This document shows, piece by piece, positions 1 through 10,024 of a stretch of DNA of 64,000 nt. How positions within the stretch are numbered: the first letter of the stretch is position 1; each line of letters begins with the position of its first letter. The DNA comes from a virus: IMG/VR virus record IMGVR_UViG_3300001765_000030, positions 96,001 to 160,000 of that record; one strand, written 5' to 3'. The notes beneath the pieces are model-generated. The model saw only the letters and a list, made by a program, of their open reading frames with translations. It did no database searches and had not been told where the DNA came from. The position numbers and the translations under genes were made by a program.

Positions 1-8
1 CAAGTGCA

Positions 9-677
9 ATGGATACAACAGTTGCTGCGGACTGGAATGATAGACATATCAGTTATTTCTGTGTAGGAAATAGCGGCATTAACTATGAAAGTCCTCTCAC
101 AATGGCTGAACCTGGAAATTACGAGACTCGTCTCTATAATATGATTCCATTCCGCTGTGTACCAATTGCTAATGATTCCACGATCATGACATCGATTGAA
201 CGTGCAAAATATGCAATGCGTCGTAAAGAAAAAATCGGAAATTCGTGGTATTATACTTATTACCTGAAAAAATTCGATCCGGGCGTATTGCATATGATCG
301 ATGCAAATGGAGTTCCATATACTCCAGTTGATGCGAATAACGCTGCAGTTAATCCTGGTTCTGCAACTCAACACCCTCTTCAGAATAATGCGATCTATAC
401 TCATTATAAATTTGAGCTTCTCGTTGAACCTACAGATTTTAAAGAGTATTTTAAAGTTATGTTTGGAAGTCTTAACGGCGCGAAGATTACCGAATTTGGA
501 CTCTGTATGGTAAATACCACTGCAGGTACAGCTAAAGATGGTATGGTTACTGAGCCTAATGGTCCAACTTACAAAGAAGTTCGTAACGTTGAACTTTACA
601 GTAAGATTGTACATGCTCCTTCTTACATGAATATCGAAGAGAATGGTAAACTTATCAGATATTCAATTCTTTCATAA
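9..677 (+). CDS. Jumbo-phage virion structural (baseplate/tail-associated) protein, 5' end probably outside the window
   Basis: Frame is open to the window edge (AGT GCA ATG). FCVGNSG...IPFRCV...YYTYYLKKF resembles phiKZ-type structural proteins and it lies just upstream of the virion-type beta-prime gene. Recognition from memory only. Confidence 0.45.
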   Translation: MDTTVAADWNDRHISYFCVGNSGINYESPLTMAEPGNYETRLYNMIPFRCVPIANDSTIMTSIERAKYAMRRKEKIGNSWYYTYYLKKFDPGVLHMIDANGVPYTPVDANNAAVNPGSATQHPLQNNAIYTHYKFELLVEPTDFKEYFKVMFGSLNGAKITEFGLCMVNTTAGTAKDGMVTEPNGPTYKEVRNVELYSKIVHAPSYMNIEENGKLIRYSILS

Positions 678-687
678 GGATTGAAAA

Positions 688-1890
688 ATGAAAATTGAGG
701 AGATACTTGCAATTCTCAATAATCCAAGTGGTATATCTGCAAAAGATATATTAGTGTTTAGAAACGTTGTTCCAGAGGTTAAACCTGACGGATCATTTGC
801 GGTTAAAAAGAATGATTTTACTTTAGCTAGTAAAATCATTCTTAATCCGGGAGATGTCATAAATCTGGATAAACAAATCGAAACCACAATTGGACGAGCT
901 ATTGTTAACAGGCTTATTAGAATTGATCCATTCGGTAAATATTTCCCATATGTCGATGGTCCAGTATTGATCAATGATTTTATTAATGAATGCACTGTTC
1001 ATCTTATGAATGGTAAGATTAATACTGATCAAATGATTAAACTCTTCGATAACGCTGTATGGTTGACACGTTTTGCAGATATGGCTCTTCCAAGTCTTTC
1101 TAGAAAGATATTGGTAACGCCTAAGAAATCTATAGCTTTACGTGAAAAATTGGTTAAAGAGCATGCTGATGTAATTGCTAATGGCGATATATCTTATGTA
1201 TCTAAAGTTGAAGATCCTGTACTTGCGTCTATAGTTGATGAGATTAAAGATGATCCTAGTTACATATTGTATAAGTTGGGTAAACCTGATAAAGGTAACC
1301 ATCTTAAACAAACTGTTGGAACATTCTCGCCGATTGCAGACCCTACTACAGGGAAGTATGGTATTCCTGAAGGAAATTTGATGACCGGACTGAATCCTGA
1401 AGATTATAACTTGTGGGCAAATATGAATATTAATGGTTCATATGGTCGAGCAGTTCAGACTCAGGATGGTGGATCTATCGTTAAATCTCTATACGGTTCG
1501 ATGAACTCGGTATCGGCTGGTCCTAAAGATAGTGATTGTAAAACTACGATCTACAAGAAAGTTTTACTTACAAAAACTAATAAGAAACTGTATATGTGGA
1601 ATTATTTCAATGATGGTGGTAAACTTACACTTCTAACTCCAGATAATTTTAAAGATTATGTCGGTAAGATATGTATGTTTAGATCTCCATTATTCTGCAA
1701 AGAACAAAATCCTTTCATTGTTTGTAATAAATGTTGTGGGGAGATTCCATATAGAACAAACCTTCTTTCTATAGGAAGTTTAACTTCACGAGTTGGATTT
1801 AACTTCGTACAGTTAAGTTTGAAAGGTTTCCACAATAATACGATTAGTCTATTAGAGTTGAATCCTTTTGAATTCATGACGGTTAAATAA
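688..1890 (+). CDS. rpoC: Split RNA polymerase beta-prime, C-terminal fragment (probably virion RNAP)
   Basis: Bridge-helix-like GRAVQTQDGGSIVK, then DCKT, RSPLFC...VCNKCCG (Zn site) and trigger-loop-like VQLSLKGFH match the beta-prime DCGT/RSPLTC/CYG/TQLTMRTFH series. No DFDGD. Confidence 0.9.
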   Translation: MKIEEILAILNNPSGISAKDILVFRNVVPEVKPDGSFAVKKNDFTLASKIILNPGDVINLDKQIETTIGRAIVNRLIRIDPFGKYFPYVDGPVLINDFINECTVHLMNGKINTDQMIKLFDNAVWLTRFADMALPSLSRKILVTPKKSIALREKLVKEHADVIANGDISYVSKVEDPVLASIVDEIKDDPSYILYKLGKPDKGNHLKQTVGTFSPIADPTTGKYGIPEGNLMTGLNPEDYNLWANMNINGSYGRAVQTQDGGSIVKSLYGSMNSVSAGPKDSDCKTTIYKKVLLTKTNKKLYMWNYFNDGGKLTLLTPDNFKDYVGKICMFRSPLFCKEQNPFIVCNKCCGEIPYRTNLLSIGSLTSRVGFNFVQLSLKGFHNNTISLLELNPFEFMTVK

Positions 1891-1893
1891 AAA

Positions 1894-1924
1894 AAAAGAG
1901 GAGGGCCAATGTCCCTCCTCTTTT
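1894..1924. terminator. Bidirectional hairpin terminator
   Basis: aaaagaggaggg/ccctcctctttt between convergent genes. Confidence 0.8.
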
Positions 1925-2147
1925 AATTTAGATGCATGTATGGTTTATACTTGCACGCGTCTTTTACTACTGCAAAGATGTCCATAATGGACATCTCCGC
2001 AACGCCGCGCATATCCACGTCTTTTCCATGTAGATATGCGATGATTGCATCCTCCGCAGAGAATGCTTGCTCATTCGGGATTTTTCCCGAATGAACCTGT
2101 CGAGCGGCAGCCTGTACAACCCACTCGATAATTTCTAAACTGGCCAT
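1923..2147 (-). CDS. Small hypothetical protein (74 aa)
   Basis: AGGAG RBS, upstream early-type motif, ends at a hairpin terminator. Confidence 0.7.
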   Translation of the reverse strand: MASLEIIEWVVQAAARQVHSGKIPNEQAFSAEDAIIAYLHGKDVDMRGVAEMSIMDIFAVVKDACKYKPYMHLN

Positions 2148-2180
2148 ATATAACTCCTATATGTTTATTATACTAAGTGC

Positions 2181-2200
2181 CATAATAGTATATAGACATC
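2181..2200 (-). promoter_or_regulatory. Early-type promoter motif
   Basis: GATGTCTATATACTATTATG upstream of 1923..2147. Confidence 0.5.
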
Positions 2201-2226
2201 ATCAATTGATTAATACAAAAAAAAGA

Positions 2227-2248
2227 TAATGGGGATTTCTCCCCATTA
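2227..2248 (-). terminator. GGGGA/TCCCC-family hairpin
   Basis: taatggggatttctccccatta; U-tract on the minus strand. Confidence 0.75.
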
Positions 2249-2256
2249 CCAATATT

Positions 2257-2742
2257 TTACTTAAGTTCATATTCTGTAGGGATGTGATCTTCATCACATC
2301 CTTCAGCTGGTGTAGTTGATACATCAGCTTCATATGTACAGTGATTATCAAGAGAATATCCGCATTTTGTAGGTGTAAGGTAATTTGTACCATTTTCTAT
2401 GACAATAGTTGCAACAAACGTAACTGGAACTTCAACTTTGATTTCAAACCCGCCAAATAGTGCGGTTTCAAGAACTTCAATAAGTTCTCTATATCCAAAC
2501 TGAGAAGGTAAACACTCGTCATGTGAGAAGTTTGGAGCGAACTCACCTTCCATAGACCCACCACAATAAGGACAGTTTTTACCATGATTGTCATCATAGA
2601 TGCGTGAAAATACTACATCTCTTTCTTCGTCAGGACTCTTGAAGAAATGGATCATTCCGTTAGGATGGTTTATGATAATATGATCATAATCATCAGCGAA
2701 TTTTTCAATTACAACGTCTTCTCTCTTTGCAAATTCAGACAT
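2257..2742 (-). CDS. Hypothetical protein with a CxxC zinc-ribbon-like motif
   Basis: GGAGGAG RBS; NCPYCGG, HDEC and KCGYSLDNHC motifs. Confidence 0.65.
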   Translation of the reverse strand: MSEFAKREDVVIEKFADDYDHIIINHPNGMIHFFKSPDEERDVVFSRIYDDNHGKNCPYCGGSMEGEFAPNFSHDECLPSQFGYRELIEVLETALFGGFEIKVEVPVTFVATIVIENGTNYLTPTKCGYSLDNHCTYEADVSTTPAEGCDEDHIPTEYELK

Positions 2743-2790
2743 AAAGTCTCCTCCATAAAATAATTATACTTAGTAGATTGTCTACTTATT

Positions 2791-2830
2791 CATTATTTAA
2801 TATATAGTTTAAACTATATATTAAATAATG
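2791..2830. promoter_or_regulatory. Perfect 40-bp palindrome = two back-to-back early-type promoter motifs
   Basis: cattatttaatatatagttt|aaactatatattaaataatg, between divergent genes. Confidence 0.75.
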
Positions 2831-2894
2831 GTAAGACAATTGATATAGTATTCAGATAGTATACTATATAAACTTTTTAAAAATGGAGAGAGAT

Positions 2895-3857
2895 ATGAAA
2901 TCTCAAGGAAGAAGTATCATTAACGAAATCGGATTCGCATTGTACTCGAAGTTCGATGAACTCTACTCAATCGGATACAACAGAACTGTAAACAGATTTT
3001 ATGAACCATCAAGTCATGTGATGCGGGATATACAACGTCGAAACAAGGTTATATTCTATAAGAATATAATCAAACATGCTTTGAAGACACGCAAATTCAA
3101 AATTGCCGGAAAACTTCAACTCCCTAAAGGTGTTGACGGTGGCCATTATGTCAATCCTGCATACCTCAAGAATCCAATTCACGATATTACATTGGATATG
3201 TGTAAAACGTTTCTTTCACAATCAATTATGGACGAACGCCTTACGGAAAGTGATTTGAATATTGTTGAGCACTTGTACAACGTCGTAAAGGATATCAACG
3301 ATGAAGAACTTACTGAAAGCGTATGGTCAAGTACGGTATCTGTAGCAGATTCTGTGCCAGATCTCTATGATTCTGTCAAAAGTAGTATGAAGATTTCCGA
3401 CGTGGAGAATAAATTTGCAGACATGACGATGTATGAATACCCTGACAGCTACAATCTGTTCTATGATGAAATGGTTAGTGATATTAACCTTATATCTCGT
3501 ACGGAAATATTCTGTGAGAGTTCGAATATGGACGTGGCTTGGAAATTCCAGGTAAGATCTATACTGATCGTGATGATGTCAATCGTTTACAGATTTGCTG
3601 AGACTCGTATGGGGGTTGCCGCAAAGATATTTGTATATCGTCCGAAAGCTGATAGTGCAAGTGCTGTTTCAGATTATCGTTCAAAAGCGTTTCTCAACAC
3701 TGTAAAAGAAGCTGAAACGATCATTGAAAAATCTAAAAGACAAACCTCAAATACTGCCTTTGGAATGGTTGAAGATATCATTGATACACAACCTGTTACA
3801 GCTAGAATTGAGGCTGCAAAAAGTGATAGTGTCGAATTGTTTGGAATTTTGAAGTAA
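2895..3857 (+). CDS. Hypothetical protein
   Basis: Long ORF; start moved to ATG 2895 after the GGAGAG RBS; ends at a hairpin. Confidence 0.7.
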   Translation: MKSQGRSIINEIGFALYSKFDELYSIGYNRTVNRFYEPSSHVMRDIQRRNKVIFYKNIIKHALKTRKFKIAGKLQLPKGVDGGHYVNPAYLKNPIHDITLDMCKTFLSQSIMDERLTESDLNIVEHLYNVVKDINDEELTESVWSSTVSVADSVPDLYDSVKSSMKISDVENKFADMTMYEYPDSYNLFYDEMVSDINLISRTEIFCESSNMDVAWKFQVRSILIVMMSIVYRFAETRMGVAAKIFVYRPKADSASAVSDYRSKAFLNTVKEAETIIEKSKRQTSNTAFGMVEDIIDTQPVTARIEAAKSDSVELFGILK

Positions 3858-3860
3858 TAG

Positions 3861-3888
3861 AATAGTAGGGGATTTCTCCCCTACTATT
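3861..3888. terminator. GGGGA/TCCCC-family hairpin
   Basis: aatagtaggggatttctcccctactatt + T-run. Confidence 0.8.
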
Positions 3889-3893
3889 TTTTT

Positions 3894-5624
3894 TTATCGC
3901 GCTTTACGAACTAGTTCTTTAAGCTCTTTAGTACCAATAATACCCAGAGCTTCAAGTGACTTATAATAACCAGCATGTACCGCAGCATATGCTTTAATAT
4001 TACGCTTATCGTTTTCATCGAATGATCCGTGACTTTCAGTTGCAATTTTCATTGAACTCTTAAACGCAAATACTTCGTAAAGATTCTCTTCAGAAAGATG
4101 AGATCCTTTAGGGTTTCCGCTAAAGAAATCGTCAACGATATCAGAATAATCTTTTGTAGAATAAGCAGTTTCAAGCATTTCCTTAACTCGTGTAGCTTCT
4201 TTACCGAAGTCGACAATGAGTTCAGGTTTAACAATCTGAGCAGTTTTGTAGTAAATAGATTTAAGTCTATTTGCATTCATCTGTCTAAGACCGTCAGCAG
4301 CAGCCGCAGATTTAAGTCCAGAGTTGATCTCTTTAAGACGTTTTGCACGTTCAGCTGGAACATGTTCCATACCTGCAACAACGTATTCTTGAAGAACTTC
4401 TTCACGAACGTCAACCGCTTTAACATACTCATCATAACTAATAACTTCATCAGCTTTCGCAGATTTAAGTTCAAAGTTTTCAAGAGCCATCTGAAGGAAA
4501 GATTCGGCAGATTCGATAGGAACGACACTCTTCTTTACAAGAATTTCAATGTCGTTGATACGTTTAGCTTTGTCATTCTCATCAGTCTTCATGTTTGCCA
4601 TTTTAGCAATCACTTGAAGAGTATCTGCATCACGTTTAGCAGCAGGCTCATCTCCACGTCCGAAACCAAGATTACGGAATGAAGAGAATACTCCATCGAC
4701 ATCACCCTGAGCTTCAGAGAAGATTTTGTTGAAAGCATCTACACTTGACGTATCAAGTTCACGAGTTTCAATCGCATCAGCTTTAACAGCTTCAATACGT
4801 TTCTGTACGAAATCAACGTCAGCTTTATAGCTACCGTTATCTTCGCATGTAAGAAGCATATCAACGAGTTTATGTTTCGTGAAACTTCCTTTTTCCATTT
4901 CAAGAGCAAATCTTGTAGCAGTTACAGGAATACGACTCTTGATGAACTCAGTTGAATCGAAACGAGCAGCTTCGATTGCAGCTTCAGGATCTGGAGCAAG
5001 AGCTTTCTTTTGTTCTTCAGCGGCATCATTTACCTTTTGGAATTCAGTAAGTACCACACGAGTTGCAGCAGATTTTTCTTCAGCATCAGAGATAGACTCT
5101 TTTACTTCATCAGAAACTGATTCAACAACATCATTTTCTTCAGGTTCAAGCTCTACTTCAGTCTCTTCATTCATAGATTCTGAAAGCTCAAGATTGAGAT
5201 CATCACTTTCGAATGCAGAAACAATTTTAGAAATTACAGCTTTACGATCATCAAATGATTCAGCTGCAATGAAAAGTTCTTTTTTGAGTTCATTTACACG
5301 GAAAGAAGATTCCTGCGATACGAATTTGTGGATCGTAGAAGCAAGTCTTTCAGCATAAGTTGACATCAATCCGCCACTTTCAAGAGCCTGGGCAATGCGT
5401 TTGTTCGATATATTTGGAAGAACTTCACTTGTAAAGTTCTTAGCAATTACCGAAACTGCGCTTTCAGTTCCGAGAGCAGGGTTAACTTTAACCATTACTT
5501 TAGCAGTAATTCCAGCAATTCTTTTACCAAATATTGCTCCGGAAGCACGTTTTTGGAATTTAGAACTCTCTTCAGAAATAATAGAAAGAATTTCTTCTCT
5601 ATTAATAGATGTAATACTCATCAC
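3894..5624 (-). CDS. Probable virion/head protein, acidic and helical
   Basis: 576 aa, last gene of the baseplate operon, with an acidic E-rich tract and several [SA]-x-E-S motifs. Function not identified. Confidence 0.45.
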   Translation of the reverse strand: MMSITSINREEILSIISEESSKFQKRASGAIFGKRIAGITAKVMVKVNPALGTESAVSVIAKNFTSEVLPNISNKRIAQALESGGLMSTYAERLASTIHKFVSQESSFRVNELKKELFIAAESFDDRKAVISKIVSAFESDDLNLELSESMNEETEVELEPEENDVVESVSDEVKESISDAEEKSAATRVVLTEFQKVNDAAEEQKKALAPDPEAAIEAARFDSTEFIKSRIPVTATRFALEMEKGSFTKHKLVDMLLTCEDNGSYKADVDFVQKRIEAVKADAIETRELDTSSVDAFNKIFSEAQGDVDGVFSSFRNLGFGRGDEPAAKRDADTLQVIAKMANMKTDENDKAKRINDIEILVKKSVVPIESAESFLQMALENFELKSAKADEVISYDEYVKAVDVREEVLQEYVVAGMEHVPAERAKRLKEINSGLKSAAAADGLRQMNANRLKSIYYKTAQIVKPELIVDFGKEATRVKEMLETAYSTKDYSDIVDDFFSGNPKGSHLSEENLYEVFAFKSSMKIATESHGSFDENDKRNIKAYAAVHAGYYKSLEALGIIGTKELKELVRKAR

Positions 5625-5632
5625 AATCTCCT

Positions 5633-8620
5633 CTATTTGATAATTTTAATATCTATGTCTGGTTTAAATATGATATTCCCGTTTCGGATATCCTCGAGAT
5701 TTTCATTGGCAACTTTATTTTTTATGGTAATAACACCATCGTCAACAATATCATTATCATGGTAAACTGTATTACATCTACCGTATGGGATATCGTTAAC
5801 TTTATACAATTCAAAATACTTTACACCAATGACTTTAGATCTTACATAATCTAACATTTCCACAAAAGAAACTTCATTTGATGTAGATGCACTTCGAATG
5901 TATTTGACAATTTCTGCAATTATCGCGCTTTTAATAATAGTTTCATCAAGGTCGTCAGTTTCAAGTTTAACTCCAATTTTTAAAGTCAGAGCTAACGATT
6001 TCAACAACTCTTTTTTATTATTGTCGACGTCGATGTAGTAGTAATTACCTGCTACAGTATTGTACACGCCAAGCTTTGCAGAAGAACCTGTTGGACTGAC
6101 TGATAACCATGAATCGACTCGCGATACCATATCATTCAACGCATTCATTACGGTTTCATAACCGCTACCGAAATAGATTCTATCAATAAGAGGGATCTCT
6201 CTTACTTCATAAATCATATCAGTGAATACTGGAATTTGGTTTCCGTTTTCATCAACTTTAACATCGCCAATGTCATATTTAAACTTTGGTAATCCGGCAT
6301 CATTAAGTTTTATCTCACCTTTTCTATGAAGAACTTTATTCATCTCATATTCTCGAGGAACATTGTTCGAATCGATTATAAGATTTTTATCTTTCTTTAT
6401 AGAACCGTCAGGATTTGTATCATAGACAATACTATCATATCTTTCATACATACTATCTGTTGGATTTTCAAAATCCTCCGCAGTATACTTCAAATATTCA
6501 GTATTGTTAGATTTTAAATCCACAATAGGTCTAATGATATCCGTTAAGTCTTTGAAGAGAGAAATATTTGTGACAGAGTATACAACTGAGATATCTCTGA
6601 ACCCCATAGCTCTATCTGATAAAGATAGATAATTTGAGTATTTAGGATTATCTTCAGGAGTTGTACCAATAAATGATACTACGATATCAACATCAATTTC
6701 TGAATCAATGTAGTATTTGTCTTTAATACTATAATCATTCTTTGGAAACTCTTCAACGCCATCGGTAATTGCGAGACCTTCGAGAGAGTTGAAAGTATTA
6801 TCTGTCACGACAGATCCTTCAACTTTATAAAACCCATCTGAAATTTCAGTGATTAATATATTATCTCGTTTTATAGAATATTTATAATCTTTATAAACAC
6901 TCTTAATAACGATTTTAATATCGATCTGCTCTTTATTGAGTATCTGATCGGGATTAAACAACTCACTTATCTGCAGATTAAATACAAATTTGTAAGTTTC
7001 ACTGTCATTTCCAGAGATCATACTCAACGGATTTCGACGAACTGCAAGAAGATTGATACCAGCTTCAGAAACAGATCCCTCATTATAATATTCAAAGATT
7101 GTAGGATATGTTTGATTAATAGCCATATCCAATACTCTTGAATTCACATAATGGTTTTCAACGTTGAAAAACATGAAATAAGGGAAGAAGTATTCTCTAT
7201 TTGATAAGCTAGTGTTGTTGAAATCCTTAACATAATCTTCAGGCAGAATTGTTACAGTGGATTGTTTAAATACGCCATCTTGTCCAGATCTGAAGAAATT
7301 CTTAGGAGTTATCAAACTATTGCTATCTGATACACGAACTGTGCCGGGAATTGTTAAGATTTGAGACCCTTGATATTCCAAAAAACCAATGGTTTTGAAA
7401 TATATATCCAGAATGTCAAATCTTTCTTTGGTAATTCTCATACCATATTCTTTAGCAATCAATTCCAATTCTGAGAGTGTAACATTCTTACTGTCAGATT
7501 TACGTATCACGTAATTTCTGAGATCATCAAGTTCCATCTCATTACGACCATTTACAGCTTCTGGGCCGTTTATAGATACAGCTGGATACATAAGGAATAT
7601 TGCATCTTGTTCAGGAATATCTCTTTCTTGAACAAAAGTTATTTCATTGATAGGAGGCGTCTCAGTATTCCAATTGTTAATGAAGAAGTTTCCATCTTCA
7701 CCTTTAGTTGTATACGTAACAATCTTTAGAAAAGATCCTCTAGCAGGCGAGAAGTTTGAACTATCTCTATGAAATTTTATAGTGTAGGATTTGTTGCTGA
7801 GAATTCTATCGTTTAAGCTGAAGTTATAACCTCCAGTATTTACAACACCATCGGGAGTTCCCTTAAGTATTCTAAATTCATTCTCAAACTTTTCTTTGTA
7901 TAGAACTTCAAAAGCATACAAATTGTCCATATATGGCACATTTATTTCATATTCCTTTTGAGAAATATTCATAGATTCCATATCTATAATTTTTCTAGAG
8001 TATTGTTTCATTTGAATTTTCATCATGAAATGATCAACATTGTCAATTCTCTGGAAGTAACTCTTTACAAAAGGATTTGATAAAGGAGGAGTAACATCAC
8101 TCACATCATCTACATACTTCGCAAAGTAAGTATACTTGGCAGGATCTAAACGTTCTGCAGGATTACTAAGATTTCCAGCAAATCGTATATAAATATCAAT
8201 ACCATAATCCATTGTAAATTCTGGTTTATCCATCAATGAAATAATAGTATTTTTATTTATTGTAACCTTTTTAAGATTCTCATTTTGAGAAACTCCTCCA
8301 TCGAGAAGTTCTTTTATAGGAAACCCTACCGTAAATGTAAATACTGAAGGGTTTCCAAATATCCCTGTAAGCTGGGTTGAATCTAAGTTTCTGACAAGAC
8401 TCCTGCGAGTCTTAGCAGTATACTTTGTTGATTCTTGTTTAACCATCAAAAACTCGTAGAAATTTGCTGAAACCATAGATCCAATTTGATCTAGATATAA
8501 ATTCATAAACGAAGTTGGATTTGTAGATCCAACTTCGTTCTTTCCGAGTAACGAAGATGATACCGCTTCGGTAAAATGATTTATAGTACCGGCAGTACTT
8601 TTAATATCTCCTATTGCCAT
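5633..8620 (-). CDS. Baseplate wedge-like protein (T4 gp6-like, inferred)
   Basis: 995 aa, beta-rich. YTTKGEDGNF and AVNGRNEMELDDLRNYVI resemble gp6/baseplate-J-type 'G.D.E..E.LR' segments. Follows a tube-fold gene. Confidence 0.55.
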   Translation of the reverse strand: MAIGDIKSTAGTINHFTEAVSSSLLGKNEVGSTNPTSFMNLYLDQIGSMVSANFYEFLMVKQESTKYTAKTRRSLVRNLDSTQLTGIFGNPSVFTFTVGFPIKELLDGGVSQNENLKKVTINKNTIISLMDKPEFTMDYGIDIYIRFAGNLSNPAERLDPAKYTYFAKYVDDVSDVTPPLSNPFVKSYFQRIDNVDHFMMKIQMKQYSRKIIDMESMNISQKEYEINVPYMDNLYAFEVLYKEKFENEFRILKGTPDGVVNTGGYNFSLNDRILSNKSYTIKFHRDSSNFSPARGSFLKIVTYTTKGEDGNFFINNWNTETPPINEITFVQERDIPEQDAIFLMYPAVSINGPEAVNGRNEMELDDLRNYVIRKSDSKNVTLSELELIAKEYGMRITKERFDILDIYFKTIGFLEYQGSQILTIPGTVRVSDSNSLITPKNFFRSGQDGVFKQSTVTILPEDYVKDFNNTSLSNREYFFPYFMFFNVENHYVNSRVLDMAINQTYPTIFEYYNEGSVSEAGINLLAVRRNPLSMISGNDSETYKFVFNLQISELFNPDQILNKEQIDIKIVIKSVYKDYKYSIKRDNILITEISDGFYKVEGSVVTDNTFNSLEGLAITDGVEEFPKNDYSIKDKYYIDSEIDVDIVVSFIGTTPEDNPKYSNYLSLSDRAMGFRDISVVYSVTNISLFKDLTDIIRPIVDLKSNNTEYLKYTAEDFENPTDSMYERYDSIVYDTNPDGSIKKDKNLIIDSNNVPREYEMNKVLHRKGEIKLNDAGLPKFKYDIGDVKVDENGNQIPVFTDMIYEVREIPLIDRIYFGSGYETVMNALNDMVSRVDSWLSVSPTGSSAKLGVYNTVAGNYYYIDVDNNKKELLKSLALTLKIGVKLETDDLDETIIKSAIIAEIVKYIRSASTSNEVSFVEMLDYVRSKVIGVKYFELYKVNDIPYGRCNTVYHDNDIVDDGVITIKNKVANENLEDIRNGNIIFKPDIDIKIIK

Positions 8621-8629
8621 TTTATCATC

Positions 8630-9916
8630 CTATATAAATAAAAGTTTATTTCCGTTAATAAAAGGAGTTCTAGCCCATATCGTCGCATTTTCCAATTCTC
8701 TTTCATAATCCATAGAATCATCAAATTTTCTTGGAAATTGAAGATTAAATCTATCGATCAATATTCCAATATTGTTTTCCTCAAGAGGCATTACCGCATT
8801 GAAACCTCCTGCAGGAGTTCCTTTGGTCTTATTAGCAAGTGTAGTTGCACCATAATTTGTAAATGCAGTCTGCATTGCCAACCAATTGAAGTCTGCAATA
8901 ATTTTAGGATTCATTGGCTCGTACGAGTTGTATGCATACGATATACTTACTTCATCAAACTCATCGAGCTTATTTTCTCTACTATGATTCAATGTATTCA
9001 TTGGCACACTTATTGGAAAACAACCTGTCAACTTTGCAAATCTAAGTATAGTCTTATTATCCTCGGCAAGTTTAAATACATACATTGAAATTGTATAATC
9101 TATACATCTTTCTTGGATATATCTAAGTCTTGGAGAAATAGTTCCTCTACAAACTTCTTGAATATACTGCAAGTGTAAATAATGTGATAGAAACATTGGA
9201 GATCTATACGCATCTTCAAACGTTACAGTAACTTCACCTATAGAATCATATCCGTCAGCACCTGAAGCATATGTTAACTGACGACCCATAAAGTCACCTT
9301 CAGTTTCATACTTATCCAATGTAAAGTCTTTCAATCCAGTCAATTCTTTACACAAATTACTTTTAAGAGGATCAAAGAATGAATCGGTTGAAAACGATGA
9401 ATCTAATTTTTTCGCATCTCCTCCGTCGGTAGATGGATCATAATCCATAGTTTTATCTCTTGTAGGATACTGTAATAAGTCCACAACAAGTTGTCCGACT
9501 TCGGATTGCATTGAATATTTCAAAAATGCCATTCGATTTACAGTAGATGCGCTTAGATTCAAATCTGGTCTAGTGAAGAACACATACGAATTTCCAGGCT
9601 TTTGAGGATCGAGTCCAAGAGTTTGCATATTTCTATTGAAATTCGTAGAATACGTTTTCAAAGGATCATCAAAATTTAACCCTACACTCGTGAGAGCATT
9701 TGAATATCGTTTAATTATATTATTGATGAGGGTACTGTCTACTCCGGATCCTTCACTATACTGCTTTCCGAATGTTGAGACATTTTCAACTATTGATTTA
9801 CGTATATGCTCCGTTAAATCATCGTTATCTAATGGCCGTTTCACACTACTTGTGGAAGATGCAGTAGTAATTCCAGGAATGACATTACTGAAATCAAAAT
9901 TGTCTTCAAGTGCCAT
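8630..9916 (-). CDS. Tail-tube-fold baseplate/tube initiator protein (T4 gp19/gp54-like)
   Basis: YVFFTRPDLNL, EVTVTFED, DYTISMYVFKL and FAKLTGCFPISVP are typical tube-fold motifs. Confidence 0.65.
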   Translation of the reverse strand: MALEDNFDFSNVIPGITTASSTSSVKRPLDNDDLTEHIRKSIVENVSTFGKQYSEGSGVDSTLINNIIKRYSNALTSVGLNFDDPLKTYSTNFNRNMQTLGLDPQKPGNSYVFFTRPDLNLSASTVNRMAFLKYSMQSEVGQLVVDLLQYPTRDKTMDYDPSTDGGDAKKLDSSFSTDSFFDPLKSNLCKELTGLKDFTLDKYETEGDFMGRQLTYASGADGYDSIGEVTVTFEDAYRSPMFLSHYLHLQYIQEVCRGTISPRLRYIQERCIDYTISMYVFKLAEDNKTILRFAKLTGCFPISVPMNTLNHSRENKLDEFDEVSISYAYNSYEPMNPKIIADFNWLAMQTAFTNYGATTLANKTKGTPAGGFNAVMPLEENNIGILIDRFNLQFPRKFDDSMDYERELENATIWARTPFINGNKLLFI

Positions 9917-9945
9917 ATTACATCCTTAATTGTTCATGACTGTTA

Positions 9946-9959
9946 CACATTGTAATGTT
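9946..9959 (-). promoter_or_regulatory. Late-type promoter motif AACA-N6-TG
   Basis: AACA-TTACAA-TGTG upstream of the baseplate operon. Confidence 0.65.
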
Positions 9960-9981
9960 GTGCGTGATTTATCCTCTAAAG

Positions 9982-9995
9982 AACACACTAATGTG
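9982..9995 (+). promoter_or_regulatory. Late-type promoter motif
   Basis: AACA-CACTAA-TGTG. Confidence 0.65.
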
Positions 9996-10024
9996 TAATG
10001 ATTACTTATAAATAGGAGTTTACA

